64,000 bases of DNA, taken from the NCBI RefSeq assembly GCF_009914755.1, contig NC_060940.1. One strand, 5' to 3'. The notes under the pieces are model-generated. The model was not told where the DNA came from and searched no databases. It saw only the letters and a list, made by a program, of their open reading frames with translations. A program made the translations under genes and the position numbers. The stretch is from the human T2T-CHM13v2.0 reference genome, Homo sapiens. Positions 1 to 15,642 of the stretch are shown piece after piece. The stretch's first letter is position 1, and every line of letters starts with the position of its first letter.

Positions 1-40
1 AGAAATCTTAGAGTTTGGATGATTATTATTATTATTATTA

Positions 41-326
41 TTTGAGACAGGGTCTCACTCAGTCACCCTCGGCCAGAGTGCAGTGGTACAATCTCAGCTC
101 ACTGCAGCCTCGACTTCCTCAGCTCAAGTAATCCTCCCACCTCAGCCTCCCGCCACAGCTGGGACTACAGGGGCACACCAACACACCCGGCTAACTTTTG
201 TAATTTTTGTAGAGACAGGGTTTCGCCATGTTGTCCAGGCTGCTCTTGAACTCCTGAGCCCAAGTGATCTGCCCATCTCAGCATTCCAAAGGGCTGGGAT
301 TATAGGCATGAGGCATCTGGCCTGGC
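41..326 (-). mobile_element. Alu (J-like) with (ATT)n tail
   Basis: Reverse-complement Alu dimer. Confidence 0.9.
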
Positions 327-366
327 TGAGTTTGAATTATTTTTTAAAAATACATATAGATATTTT

Positions 367-650
367 CTTTGCTCTGTTGCCCAGGGTCTTGCTCTGTTGC
401 CATGGCATAATCACGGCTCATCACTGCCTCAAACTCCTTAGCACAAGCAATCCTCCCACCTCAGCCTCCTGAGTAGCTAGGTTTACAGGCATGAGCCACC
501 ATGCCTAATTTTTTGATTTTTGTTGTTGTTGTTGTTAGAGATGGGATCTTGCTATGTTGCCCAGGCTGGTCTTTAAGCTGTCCTTAAGCAATCCTCCCAT
601 CTCATCCTCCCAAAGGGCTAGGATTACAGGTATGAGCTACCATGCCCAGC
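367..650 (-). mobile_element. AluJ
   Basis: Reverse-complement Alu dimer with (TTG)n linker. Confidence 0.88.
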
Positions 651-1087
651 TGATACAGGTAATTTTTAATAAACACAATTGTTCTGCTTCCCCAGCTGTG
701 CTTTTGTCAAAGTCTGTAGAGTTGACACTTCACACTCTCACTCGATTAAAGCAGACCTTCATCTAAAAATCAATCCATCCATTTGCCAGATGTGTTACAG
801 CCCATACAACAGGTGAGACGAGAAAGGCCAGATCTAAAAGGCATTTTAATAAATAAAGCATAAAATAGAAAAGCAGTAACTGAAAATTATGAACTCAAAT
901 GTGATAACTCATATTATATGATAATTCACTCATGAATTATCAATAATTCATAATTCTCTATTTACATTTTTTAAGTATTCTAGGTTTCACATCAGCATTC
1001 TCTCCATTCTCAACCATCAAAAGAAAGGTTTCATGTAAAATTCTACTATTAAAATAGTATTCCAAGTTGTCTGAATCCCTTTAAAAT

Positions 1088-1545
1088 TTTTTTAAATTGT
1101 GGTAAAGTACACATAAAATTTAGTGTCTTAACCATTTTAAACGTACAGTTCTGCAGCATTAAGTCCACTCACACTGCTGGGCAACCAATCTCCTGTAGTA
1201 CTGAATCACATTAAACAACTCCCCATTCCCACCTCTCCTCAGGTGGGGGCAATCACCGCTCTACTTTCTGTCTCTATGAATCTGACTTACTCTAAGAACC
1301 TCATATAAGTGAAATCATCTGGTGTTTTGTCTTTTTGTGATGGGCTTATTTCATTTTGCATAATGTCCTCAAGGTGCTTTTATAGCTAAGGAGCAGAATT
1401 TACACCTATATCTTTATCTTAACCAAATTACATTTTTACAATTTGCTTAAAGCAAATTGAAGCATGTATTAGAATCTCCTTCCTTTTTAAGGCTGATTAA
1501 TATTCCACTGTAAGCATATGCCACATTTTGCTTATCCAAATTGTC
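1088..1545 (-). mobile_element. L1MB-type 3' end fragment, interrupted by a templated insertion
   Basis: Typical L1MB 3'UTR motifs (ctactttctgtctctatgaat, ccttcctttttaaggctga). Confidence 0.75.
1381..1449. repeat. Inverted duplicate of 3040-3108 (66/69 identical)
   Basis: Manual reverse-complement alignment. Confidence 0.93.
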
Positions 1546-2229
1546 CACATCTCTTTATGTGATGCTACTCTCAGGAATCTTGTTGAACTATCCCCTCTCA
1601 AAGAAAGCAACCGTGTCCTGACCTACTGGTCCAAGAGATGTCAAAGGAAGGAGACAAACTACATTCATTCGTCTTTCCTGGATACCCAACCAGACAGATA
1701 TGCCAGAGGGGACATCTGTTAGAGGTGTACCACATCTTTATTAAAAACCAAGTTTTATGTCTTTGTGTACATTACATGGTAAAATCAATTTTCCTGGTTA
1801 ATCATTCTATTTTATTAGTAACTGCACACTTTAAAATTCTGCATTTTACATTAACGAGACTCTAGTTTTATGCTGAATATTTACTTGAATATTTTAAAAT
1901 ACTCTTTTGAGAACAGGCTGATCCTTTCTTACAAGTGTGCAGCTGGTAAGGTGCAAAGTAGCTGAATTCAGAGGGAGGAATGAGTGGGGGTGGTGGAAAT
2001 TCTTCCTTACTTATTAAAATAAATAATTTAGAACAGGTGTTAAAGGTCTCTACCACTTTTCCAGTCTGAAATTAGCATAGCCCTTTAAAAGCCAACTAGA
2101 CCTAGCCAAAACTGGCAAAGAGGAGGGAAAGGTGGTGGCGGGTCAGCAGGAAAAGCTCTCGATTTGCTGCTAGAACATGAAGGCACAAAAAACATGGCAC
2201 CTGCCAAAAGCAAATCAATGATTCTAGTA

Positions 2230-2870
2230 ATAAGAGCAATGTATTTAAAGTTCTGAGAGAAAACAGTTTTGGGATCTAGAATTCTACATCCAGCAACATT
2301 ATACATGCAAAACAATATAACATTTAAGAAAATTACTTCCCTCAAAAAAGTCCACACAAAAACCGCTGGGATGGCTGAAAGTTTCTTCTGGGCAGCAAAG
2401 TTTTAATGACATAGGAATACACTTTCTTCTCAATGTCCCATTTATGCAACTTTTTTTCTCTACAGAGGATAACATTTATACAACCATAATATTATACACG
2501 CTGCATCCTGATTGTCATCTCTTGGGATCAACTTATAAAGAGGGCACAAAAGTATAGATACAAAAAGTAGTAAATATTATAAATAATAACTAATCAAAGT
2601 GAGAAGAGGGCAGAAAGAGACGGAAGGCAGAATATACATACTAAATTCCAAATCTTTTATAGTAGTAATCAGGATACATTGTTCAAAGTTGGTAAGTCAA
2701 GAAATGGAGGTATTTAAAGGAATAACAGAAACCACCAAAAGAATATAACAGGAGCTGCCACTGGGAAGAGAAGCTGCGAGTGAGGAATGAAGATTTTCCT
2801 CCTTCATTTTACACTCTAGTGTACTACACGAATTTTTAAAAATTATGTGCATTTATCATTTCAGTGGTTT
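2230..2870 (+). mobile_element. Ancient L1 (L1M/HAL1-like) fragment
   Basis: ctagaattctacatccagcaa resembles the end of L1 ORF1 (RILYPAK); A-rich and decayed. Confidence 0.45.
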
Positions 2871-3567
2871 CAAAGGTGTCATGGGAAACATTTTCTCTGC
2901 TAAAATATACTTAACTTATAAGATCTACATTGAATTTGCCAACATTTACTCTGCCCAAATATAAGAGAGATTTTGCTGTGGCGGCTAGACTAGGTAAATC
3001 TACAGTCCTTTCCAAAAGCTAAGGCTCTATCCCAAGGGATAAGCAAATTGTAAAAATATAATTTGGTTAAGATAAAGATAGAGATGTAAATTCTGCTCCT
3101 TAGCTATAGAACCTAGAGCAAACAAGAGCTAAACAACAGGAAATTTCCCCAGAAAAAGCAAGACTAGGGACAGAAGAGGCAGTTAGAGCAGAACGGAGGT
3201 GTCCCAAGAGGCCCAGGGCAAGAGAGAAGCACCAAGGAAGAGTCAACACAGAGCTTCCTGGACTGCGTGAGACAGCCAGCTGCCATAAGGGTCAAAGGGG
3301 CCACTGCTTGCGCTGTAGACACACATTTTGAAATAGCAGTGGACAGTTGTGGGTCTCAAGGTGAGAGGCACCCACTCAAAGTGATGAATGTCTAAGCACA
3401 GGGCCAAGACAAAGACGGCAAAACGGGCTGAGTACACATTCTTCTGCCACAGTGCTAGTAGTTTCCAACCATTTTGTTGAAACCATGAGAAGGACCTTCT
3501 AAAAACTTCTAGTATATAGCTGGTAGGTGGAAATTTAGAGGGCGGCCTCCACTAAAAGGGCCAATGA

Positions 3568-3888
<321 letters not shown>

Positions 3889-5686
3889 TGACATGTCTTT
3901 ATTATTGTAGCGTCATAAAGAGCTTTCATAGGTTCACCTGTGACACTGATTTACTGTATGTTCCTAAACTAAAAATTCCACTATAAGGATTTTCAAAACT
4001 CTAATCTTCAGGTTTAGAAGAGACTGCCATTTGCTATTTGAGAGAATCAAAGGGTCTCACGAGTTTTTATCAATTTCCATGTCATGCCCTACACACTGTG
4101 CACAATATAAAAGCATTTGGAATTTAAGAGCCAGAAGGGACGTCAGCATTCTTTCCACCAAAATGCCTCATTTAAGATGAGAAAACAGAGGCACACGCTG
4201 GGCTCTTGATGGGTATTTACTGAAGGGAAGAGAGAATGAAGAGTCTTTTCCGAGGTGCTAGGTGGTGGCAGAGCCTAAGCTGGAACCCTTGGCTTCTGGC
4301 TGCCTGATAAGTCAGTTCTCTGTCCACTCTGCCCTATGGCTTCTGTTGTCTCTAAGGATTTTTCAGTAGGAAGACAGAAAACACTTGCTCCACAAGCCCA
4401 TTTATGAATAAATGTGTAAGCACTTTGACAAGGCAATGGGTCCTGGAATATGATCTGGTGAATTAGAATTCTCCTTCCTAAAGGGCTTTTTCCTCACCTT
4501 CTAATGTAATACATATATTCAGTTACTTTCAGAAACCACTAGCTGCAGGTGAAAACCATGTGGAATCCAAAAACCACAGCTTTGATATATGCATTAGCAT
4601 TTCCTACCTAGCAGGAATTCGGAGAGCTACTCAATTTTCAAGGAAGGCTGAAATTTAGTCTCATAGAAAGGAAAGGCTAGAGGGAAGAGACTGGCCAATG
4701 GGATTTTCCCATCAGTTGAGATAAACCAAAGAGCAAGTAACCAAAGGGCATGACTGATTAAAATCTCTATCAGCACAAAGTGGCTTTAGAAAATCATTCC
4801 CTTTAATTAGAGAACATTACAGTATTAATAAAATGGGAATAGTAATAGCACCTATCTTTCAGGAAAGTTGCGAGTGTTGGTGTTGGCTTATGGGGACTGA
4901 GTACCTATTAGTGAGATCTTACATGTTTCAGCATCCACTGTAGAGGAGTATTCTCCAAACACTATGCTACCCTGTATTTCTTCAGATCCCACACCACCAA
5001 ACCAAATCTTCCTCCCTCTCAAAGCAAACTATGTTCAGTCCAGTTTCTCCAGAACCCAAGCCCTCTCTTTTTTCCGGTTAACTATAAAATGCTTGAATAT
5101 TCTGGACACTGAATCTATTACAGGAAAGAAAAGAAGCACACTGCTACAATACCAGTGTAAACAGCAAAAGAAATGGATGCTCATCTCTAGCAGCACTGCT
5201 AATAGCCACGTGTAGAAGCTCGACTGCTCTGACCAGCTCTGCCAAGGGCTCAGAGTCAATTCTCTAAAGCAAATAGAAGTGAGTCACAGAGCAGTGCCTG
5301 TCTTCCTCTCGACCATAGTGCCGCCCTCCAAATCTTAATCGTACCTTTCTAATTATGGATGCCTGAATTTTTACATTTATATCTATGCCATTTCCCCCAT
5401 ACTTTAATCCCTTATTTTATTTAAGAGACTAATAACAGTTTAAAGAAAAAGAAAGAAAATGAATAAAAGCACTAATGTATCCATGGGGTTTACACAATAT
5501 GTAGAAGTAAAATATAAGACAAAAGATCGCAAAGGATTGGGGAAGGGAGTAATTGGAAATATACTGTTAAGAGTCTCACAATGTTCATGAAGTAGTACAT
5601 TTTTTACTTGAAGACAGTCAAAAACAAAAAGAAAATAAAAATAAAAGACAGACTGATACTTGAAAGATGCATATTATAATCTTAGA

Positions 5687-5972
5687 GTAGTGCTTGGCCA
5701 ATAGAAATATAATGTGAACCAGATATATAATTAAAAATGTTCAAATATCTACCATTTAAAAAGGAAAAAGAAGTCAAATTAATTTAATATTTTTAACCTC
5801 ATATATCAAAAATATTATCAACATATAATCTGCAGGTAAACAATGACTAATGTAGTTTACATTCTTCAAAATCTGGTGTGTAGTTATATTCACAACCCAT
5901 CTCATTTTGGACTAGCAACATTTCAAGCACTCAATAGCCATGTGGTTAATGGCTACCATCTTGGACAGTATA
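5687..5972 (+). mobile_element. MER33 (hAT-Charlie)
   Basis: ccaatagaaatataatg ... ggctaccatcttggacag matches recalled MER33 ends. Confidence 0.7.
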
Positions 5973-5983
5973 ATTCCAGAGCA

Positions 5984-6372
5984 AGGGTCAACTTTTCTCT
6001 AAAGGGCCACAGAGTAAACATTTTGAGTTCTGGGGGCCATAAGGTCTCTGTCATAACTACCCACCTTTGCCATGGTAACTCAAAAGTAGCCACAGGCAAT
6101 ATGTAAATGAATGGGGGGCTGGGCACAGTGGCTCGTGCCTGTAAGCCCAGCACTTTGAGAGGCGGAGGTGGGAGGATCACTTGAAGCAAAGAGTTCAAGA
6201 CCAGCCTGGGTAACATAGCGAGACCCCATCTCTATTAAAAAATTATTTAAATAAAACAAAATTAAAAAATAAATGAATGGGCAAGGCTGTGTTCCAACAG
6301 AACTTCATAAAAACATGTGAGCCACGTGGGCCGGATTTGGTTTGAGAGCTGTAGTTTACCAACCACCAATCT
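5984..6372 (+). mobile_element. MER58A (hAT-Charlie), split by a FLAM
   Basis: aactttttctctaaagggcca ... ggctgtgttccaa ... gggccggatttgg. Confidence 0.75.
6116..6270 (+). mobile_element. FLAM / Alu left monomer
   Basis: Monomer flanked by TSD aaatgaatggg. Confidence 0.85.
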
Positions 6373-6635
6373 GGAACAACGACTTTAAAAAACAACACAA
6401 AGAGGTATAAGCAAAAAGTCAATAGAGAAGATAAAACAGGATGATAAAATATCAGCAAATACTAAATAATACATAATTCAACCAAAAGGCAGTAGAATAA
6501 GAGGAACAGAGGGACACAGAACAAACAGGACAAACAGGAAACAAACCACAAGATGGGAGGCAGACCTGTCCTCAACATTAATTCAATATAAATGGCAGAG
6601 ATTGCCAGAAGCAAGAGCCAGCTATATGCTATTTA

Positions 6636-7059
<424 letters not shown>

Positions 7060-7074
7060 TTACAGGCTGGGCGC

Positions 7075-7439
<365 letters not shown>

Positions 7440-7608
7440 TCATGAACAGAGATGCAAAAAATATTTAACACAATATCAGCAACCAAATCCAACAACATAT
7501 TAAAAGGATAATACTTCATAGCCAAGTGGGATTTCTTTTAGGCATACAAATCTGATTAAACATTCAAGTATCAATTAGTATAAATCAAAATATTAACAAA
7601 ATAAAGGA

Positions 7609-7905
7609 TGGCCAGGTGCACAGCTCCCACGTGTAATCCCAGCACTTTGGGAGGTGGGAGGATCTCTTGAGGTCAAAGGTTCAAGACCAGCCTGAGTAAC
7701 ATAGTGAGACTCTTGTCTCTACAAAAATAAAAAAATTAGCCAAGTGTGGTGGTGCACACCTATAGTCCCAGCTACTCAGGAGGCTGAGGTGGGATGATCC
7801 CTTGAGCCCAGGAGTTCAAGGCTGCCGTGAGCTATGATTATGCCACAGCACTCTAGCCTGGGCAACAGACCCTGTCTCAGAAATATTAAAAATAAATAAA
7901 TAAAA
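7609..7905 (+). mobile_element. AluJ
   Basis: Alu dimer. Confidence 0.88.
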
Positions 7906-8358
7906 GACAAAACCCATAAGACAAGTTTTAAAGACACAGAAAGAGCACCTGAAAAGACTTAATATCCATTTGTGATGTTGAATGATTTCTTAACGTACTA
8001 GAAATGGAAAGGAACTTCCTAAACCTGAAAAATAATGTATATGAACAACCTAAAATCTTACTTAATGGGGAAACATTGAACTTCTCCTCCCTAATACTGG
8101 AAACAAGGCAGGGATATCCACTCTCTCTATTTCTACTTAACCACTGACTAGCTAAAGGTGCTAGTCAGTGCAATAAGGCAAGAAAAATAAATAAAAGACA
8201 TAAAGACTGGAAAAGATGTAAAACTTGTTAACAGCATACAACATAATTGTGCACATAGAAAACCTTATGGAATATTTTAAAAAATCCTATCAGAACAAAT
8301 AAGTGAATTTAAAAAGGTTGCAAAATATGAAGTCAATATATAACAATGAATTATATTT

Positions 8359-8637
<279 letters not shown>

Positions 8638-8705
8638 AACAATGAATTGTATTTCTATACAAAAGGAGCAAACGGTTTGAAAATGACATTTAAGAAACAA
8701 TTCCA

Positions 8706-9006
8706 GGCCAGGCCTGGTGGCTCATACCTATAATACTAACACTTTAGGAGGCCAAGGTAGGAGGTTGACTTGAACCCAGGAGTTCGAGACCAGCTTGGGC
8801 AACACAGTAAAACCTTGTCTCTACAAAAAAATTTTTAAAAATTAGCCGGGAGTGATTGCAAGTGGCTGTAGTCCCAGCTATTTGGGTGGCTGAGGCAGGA
8901 GACTCCTAGGGCCCAAGAGGTCAAGGCTGCAGTGAGCTGTGATCATGCTACTGTACTCTACCCTGGATGACAGAGTGAGACCCCCATCTCTATTAAAAAA
9001 AAAAAA
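8706..9006 (+). mobile_element. AluJ
   Basis: Alu dimer with A tail. Confidence 0.9.
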
Positions 9007-9619
9007 CTTAGGAAGAAAACTAACATAAAATATACAAGATCGCCACAGTAAAAACTAAAAAATAGGCTTACTGAAGAAACTGGCAAGATTATTCTAAAAT
9101 TTATATAGAATGCAAAAGATCTAGAATGGCCAAAGAAATCTGAAAAAGAACAATGTTAGAGGGTATATGCTTTCTGGTTTTAAGACACTATAAACCAACA
9201 GTAATAAGATAGTGTGGTACTGGCATAAGGAAAAACATAACTGACTGGAAGTGAAGAGAGCAGAAACAGACCTAGACATACACGATCAGTTGATTCTTGA
9301 CAAAGGTAGTGAGTCAAACCAATGAAGGAAGAAAACTCTTTTAAACAAATTGTTAAAATGTTGTTGGAAGAATCAGATAGTCATATGGAAAAAAATAAAC
9401 CCTGATTTCCATATCTTACTCCACATACACAATTAATTTGAAATGGGTCATGACCTAAATGTAAAAGTTAAAATTACAAACCTTCTACCAAAAAAAAAAA
9501 AAAAAGAGACAATCACTGCAACCTTAGGGTAGACAAAGATTTTGGGGGAGGAGGGGATTCACTAACAATAAACGGGAAAAAACTTAATAAACAAGACTTT
9601 ATGAAAATTAAAAGTATTT

Positions 9620-9910
<291 letters not shown>

Positions 9911-10228
9911 ACAAATCAAAAATATATGCTCATTTACAAACATCACAAAGAAATGAATAGGTAAACCACAGAATTGAAAAAATACACGTGCAGCAAAAAT
10001 ATCTGACAAAGGCTATGTATCCAGACTACATACAAGAACTATAAGTGAATAGCGAAAAGACAAACAACCCAATTTTAAAAGGGGCAAGAGACTTAAAAAG
10101 CCACCTCATTGGTCAACAAGAACATTAAATGGTCGTCAATATCATTAGTCATGAGAGAAATGCAAATTAAAACCACAATGCAATACTGTCTCATTCCATC
10201 TAAGATGACTAAAGTTAAAAGATTGACA

Positions 10229-10512
10229 GTCAGGTGCAGTGGCTCACGCCTGTAATCCCAACACTTTGGGAGGCCGAGGCAGGCGGATCACTTGAGGTCA
10301 GGAGTTCAAGACCAGCCTGGCCAAAGTGGCAAAACATCGTCTCTACTAAAAATACAAAAATTAACCGGGTGTGGTGGTGCACATCTGTAGTCGCAGCTTC
10401 TCGGGAAGCGGAGGCCCGTGAATCACTTAATCCCAGGAGAGAGGCTGCAGTGAGCCAAGATCGCACCACTGCACTCCAGCCTGGGAAAAAGAGCAAGACC
10501 TGCCTCAAAAAA

Positions 10513-10543
<31 letters not shown>

Positions 10544-10546
10544 CAT
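10229..10546 (+). mobile_element. AluS with (AAAT)n tail
   Basis: Alu dimer; TSD aaaagattgac. Confidence 0.92.
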
Positions 10547-11569
10547 AAAAGATTGACGGCATGAAATGCTGACAAGGATGTGGAGCAACTGAAACTCACA
10601 CAATAAAATGGCATATCAAACTTGTACTATAAAATGCTATATCCACTTTGAAGAGCTGTTGCTTTGTTCTTATAAAGTTTAACACAAACTTATCCTAAAA
10701 ATCAATAATTCTACTCCTACATATGCAGACAAAAAAATTATCTTACTGAAACATTCACAGCAGCCTTACTGATAATAGCTCCAAACTAGAAACAATTCAA
10801 ATGTCCAACATCAAGAGAATGGGGGTAAAATAAATGCTGCATATTTACATAATTAAATACTCAACGATTAAAAAACTGCTGAGATGCAATAGCAAGGATG
10901 AATTTTAAAAATATATTAAGCAAAAAAGTTAAACACAATGCCAAACAACTCTATTTTTTATAAATTCCAAGAATAGGTGAAACTAATCTTAGAGTGGTAA
11001 AAATTTAAAAATGGTTGCTTAGGGTCATGGGAATTGTAGTGGGAATTTGGGATTGTTTGAAAACAGACACAAGGAAATTCAAGGGAAATAGAAATGTTCT
11101 ATATCTTGCTTTGGTTGGAGATTATATGAGTGTATCCAACTGTTAAAACTCTTTGAACTAAACATTTATGATCTCTGCATTTTATTTTATTTTAATCATA
11201 CCTCAATTTTTTTAATCTCTAAAAAACCATTTTTAAAGTACAGAGGGCAATCTGAAATATTAACAGTGATTGCTTCTGGGTGTTGGGATTATGGCTAATT
11301 TTTTTCTCTTGTTAATTCACATTGTTCTAAACTTCACAATTTTCTATAATGAACATATGTATGTACACATTTTTCCCATTTTCTATACCTGTGTTTTGTA
11401 GTTTCACAAAGATACCAAATGTTGCCAGCATTTATCTTCTGCAGGGAGGATTATGGGTGATAAAAGGAAGTGTGAGTCAAGCATTCTTTCTACAGTAGGC
11501 ACCTGGTTCAGTATCTACAGGACCTGAAAGCTCAGGAGATCAGGCAGAGGCAGCAGTACTGAGAAGAGC

Positions 11570-12050
11570 AAGGGATCAGACACACACAAGTTCACTTCTA
11601 ATCCTGGTTCTTGCACAGAACTGGTGAACAAGACACAAAGCCTCCATCTCCTCAACCCTAAAATGGGAGTAAGACATATCCTGGGCCAGGCACAGTGGTT
11701 CACACCTGTAATTCCAGCACTTTGGGAGGCCAAGGCAAGAGCATCACTTGCATCCAGGAATTTGAGACCAGCATGGGCAATAGAGCGAGACCTCATCTCT
11801 ACAAAAAATCAAAATTAGCCAGGTGTGGTGGTGCGTACCTGTAGTGCCAGCTACTCAGGTTGAGGTTGGAGGATCACTTGAGCCCAGGAGGTCGAAGCTG
11901 CAGCAAGCTGTGATTGTGCCACTGCACTCCAGCCTGGGCAACAGAATGAGACCCTGTCTCAAAAAAAAAAAAAATTCCTGTCTACCTCAAAGAGGTTTTG
12001 TGAGGGTTAACCAAAATGGCTATGGTCTATAAAGCAGTCTCTAAAATACA
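11570..12050 (+). mobile_element. MIR split by an Alu
   Basis: ctaatcctggttc...taaaatgggagtaa resumes after the Alu as tacctcaaagaggttttgtgagggttaa. Confidence 0.55.
11683..11973 (+). mobile_element. AluJ
   Basis: Alu dimer with A tail. Confidence 0.9.
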
Positions 12051-12205
12051 GGAAATTCAGGTCATAGTCACTTCTGATATGATGTGAAAAGTTGAAAGGC
12101 CATCTTTCCCAAAAGTCAGATTTAGTACTTACAAACCTATGAGAAGCAACAAGAAAAGCCATTGCTAGAACTCTGGCCTTTTAAATTAACAGCTGAGAGC
12201 TCTTA

Positions 12206-12679
<474 letters not shown>

Positions 12680-12859
12680 TTAATTTTCAAAATATTTGCA
12701 GCCAACATTACTATTTGGATATTATTCATTTTCAGAGTAACAAAATGAAAATAAGCAAAACCACTAAGGGAAAACTATAAACCCTCACTATTTTCCTAAA
12801 ATAAAATGACAACAAAAAGCAATATTGCCAGTGGTGGCGATTACTGTGTCACACACTGA

Positions 12860-13060
12860 AGATCTCCGGTATGTCTGTGTGCAGTGTTTTACATGCATTA
12901 TATCTAATCTTCATAGTACGCTTGCAAGAGAGGAAATGTTTTTACTGGTGAGAAAGCAGGATCACAGAGGTCAGGGTTTTGCTGCAGACCATCCCTGGGT
13001 GAATGGCAGGGATAAGATGCAAAACCAGGTTCCTCAAACCCTAATACCAGGGTCCTTCTT
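12860..13060 (-). mobile_element. MIR
   Basis: tgttttacatgcattatatctaatcttcata...cacagaggtcagg core. Confidence 0.55.
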
Positions 13061-13413
13061 ATTACTCTGCATCTATTGGAGGTGCTTTATTATTTTCATT
13101 TTATTAATTTTTTTAAATGATCAGGCTTTATTACCTGTTCTGTTACAATGAGTTTTAAACAAATTTGTACACCCACATGTCATCCATCACGCAAATTAAG
13201 ATAAAGAACATCCCCCTCACCCTCATGCCTGTTTTTAGACAGACTCCCACCCCTCCTTCACTGGACGAAGGCGCCTCAGATGTGTAGTACAATTATGGCA
13301 TTATCTTCCTCAACTTGAAAACTTTGCTGTCACCACTGCTATCATCAGGGCTTAATTTTGCCTTCTCTTGAGCTACCTATAACTGGAATTACACTACATA
13401 TGCATTTTTTTGT

Positions 13414-13633
13414 ATTTATCTTATTTCAATAGTTTTGGGGGAACAGGTGGTGTTTGGTTGCATGGAAAAGTTCTTCAGTGACGATTTCTGAGTTTTGGTG
13501 CATCCATCAGCTGAGCAGTGTACACTGCACCCAGTGTGCAGTCTTTTATCCCTCACCCCCTCCTGTCCTTCCCCTGGAGTCCCAAAGTCCATTACATCAT
13601 TCTTATGCCTTTGCTTCCTCATAACTTAGCTCC
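13414..13633 (-). mobile_element. L1PB-type 3' end
   Basis: ttttgggggaacaggtggtgtttggtt...cattcttatgcctttgc matches recalled L1PB1 3'UTR. Confidence 0.8.
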
Positions 13634-14504
13634 TATGCACTCTGCAAATTTAAGACAGCTGCACAATACTTAGGACATGCCTCTGCTCCTTCTGCCTTAA
13701 AGACTGCTAATTCTCCGTAATGCGCCTCTGGCTGGCAGCAGTACTTGAACACTGGGGCTTAATCCCCCCTTGGTGTTAATGCTTCAGACTAAGGCCAGGT
13801 CAGTTGTGTTCTGATCCCATGCTGCCCCCTCTTCTGAGGCTGCTGTGGATGGATCACGATGGTGGCATGGGAGTGAGGATCAATGGTGGCCTCTTGGTGC
13901 CCATTTGCTACTTCTGGCTTCCAGTTTAGGCATATGCGTTCCTAGCCCACTATCACTGCCAACAACTATTACCCACACTGGCAGTGAGACCATCAGAGCC
14001 TGGCCACACTGTTCAGGGCAGTCTTTGTACCTGGTAGCTGCAAAGCGCCATGATGTCAGAAACAGAATCTGTCTACTTGCACCTAGAAAACCCCTGGATA
14101 TGGAATAGTTCTCAATAAAAATGATGTGACTGAATGCAGAGCAGAATGCAGTGCTGGTGACGAGCATGCAGGCTGTGGGCACGTCGGCACTGGACAAGGG
14201 ACTCCAGTTTACCAGGGACCTTAAAACAGAGGGAAAGACAACTGTATGAGAGGCAGATGTCCCACATCCGGCACCTGACACATTTTAATCTTCAACTAGG
14301 CCAGACTTCACTAAAACTTAGTGCAACAAAGGTTTCCGGAATGTCATGCCCTAAATATTTAGTCATCTAAAAAACAGAACAAAACAGGAAAAAACTCTAC
14401 TTCTTCAGAAAACACAAATTTTTACTAAGAAGTTTGTGTACTTTTAAAATATTCACTCAAGAGTTAAAGAGAAAAAGAAAAAAAAAACCCTCAAAGTATT
14501 AGGG

Positions 14505-14632
14505 AGGCAGGGCACAGTGGCTCACACTTGTAATCCCAGCACTTTGGGAGGCCAAGGCGGGAGGATAACTTGAGCCTATGTAGTTGAAGACCAACCTGGG
14601 CAACACTGTGAGACCCCCGTCTCTAAAAAGAA
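14505..14632 (+). mobile_element. FLAM / Alu monomer
   Basis: Left monomer only. Confidence 0.85.
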
Positions 14633-15264
14633 AGTGCTAGAGAATGTTCATATTATACAATGTCTCCCAAAGAAGTGGAGTGGGTTACTGAAATGTGAGC
14701 TGAAAACAGCACACTCTGCCTCACTCAGGAGATAAGCGGTGAAAGCAGGCAGTTCTGGAGATGTGCTATTGAGTAAAGTTACTCATATCAGAGAGCCACA
14801 GAAATAGGATCCTTTCCTGAAAATCTTATTCCTTGGAACAGTTATTTTTCTTACTTTGAATGTGTCATATTTCTGTTATTTTTCACTCATTTACCCAGCC
14901 TCCCAACAATTCATATCCAATAACCATTGTCCACCCATTCTTCCATGTGGTAACTGCTTACTGAGTGTTTTTGTCCCAGGAACTATGTCAGGTATTTGGT
15001 AAATCAAGACACAATCTCCACCCTCTCTTAAAGGTCACCCTGTCACATACCAGATTTATGTAGTGGTGATTTCGCTGTAAGCTTGTCACTCCCTAAGCTT
15101 GTGACAGATTAAAATATGTTCATCTATCAATGTGGACATATGAGAACCCATTGGTTCTACCATCATTATTCTGTACCAATTGTTAACCAATGAGCATTCT
15201 CCTGGATTTTCTTCTATTTCAATTCTTTTTTTTTTTTAAGAAAGTTCTTTATTTTTATTAATAT

Positions 15265-15558
15265 ATTTATTTATTTGAGACAGTCTTGCTCTGCCGCCTA
15301 CGCTGGAGTATAGTGGCGCCATCTAGGCTCATTGCAACCTCCGCCTCCCGGGTTCAAGTGATTCTCGTGCCTCAGCCTCCTGAATAGCTTAAACTATAGG
15401 CGTGCGCCACGACGCCTGGCTAATTTTTGTAATTTTCACAGAGACAGGGTTTCACCGTGTTGGCCAGGCTGGTCTCGAACTCCTGAGCTCAAGTGATTCG
15501 CCTGCCTCGGCCTCTCAAAGTGCTGGGATTATGGGCGTGAGCCACCGTGCCTGGCCTG
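15265..15558 (-). mobile_element. AluS
   Basis: Reverse-complement Alu dimer. Confidence 0.92.
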
Positions 15559-15642
15559 GCTATTGCGTTCTTTAATCTAAAAGGTTTATTTTGATTTGCA
15601 AGCACACCCAAAAGGGATGACATCTGCAATAATCCCTCTGTT

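Noticed and set aside
83-766. ORFs with [15 protein letters not shown]-like peptides, here and throughout the window
   Set aside because: Standard Alu translation artefacts
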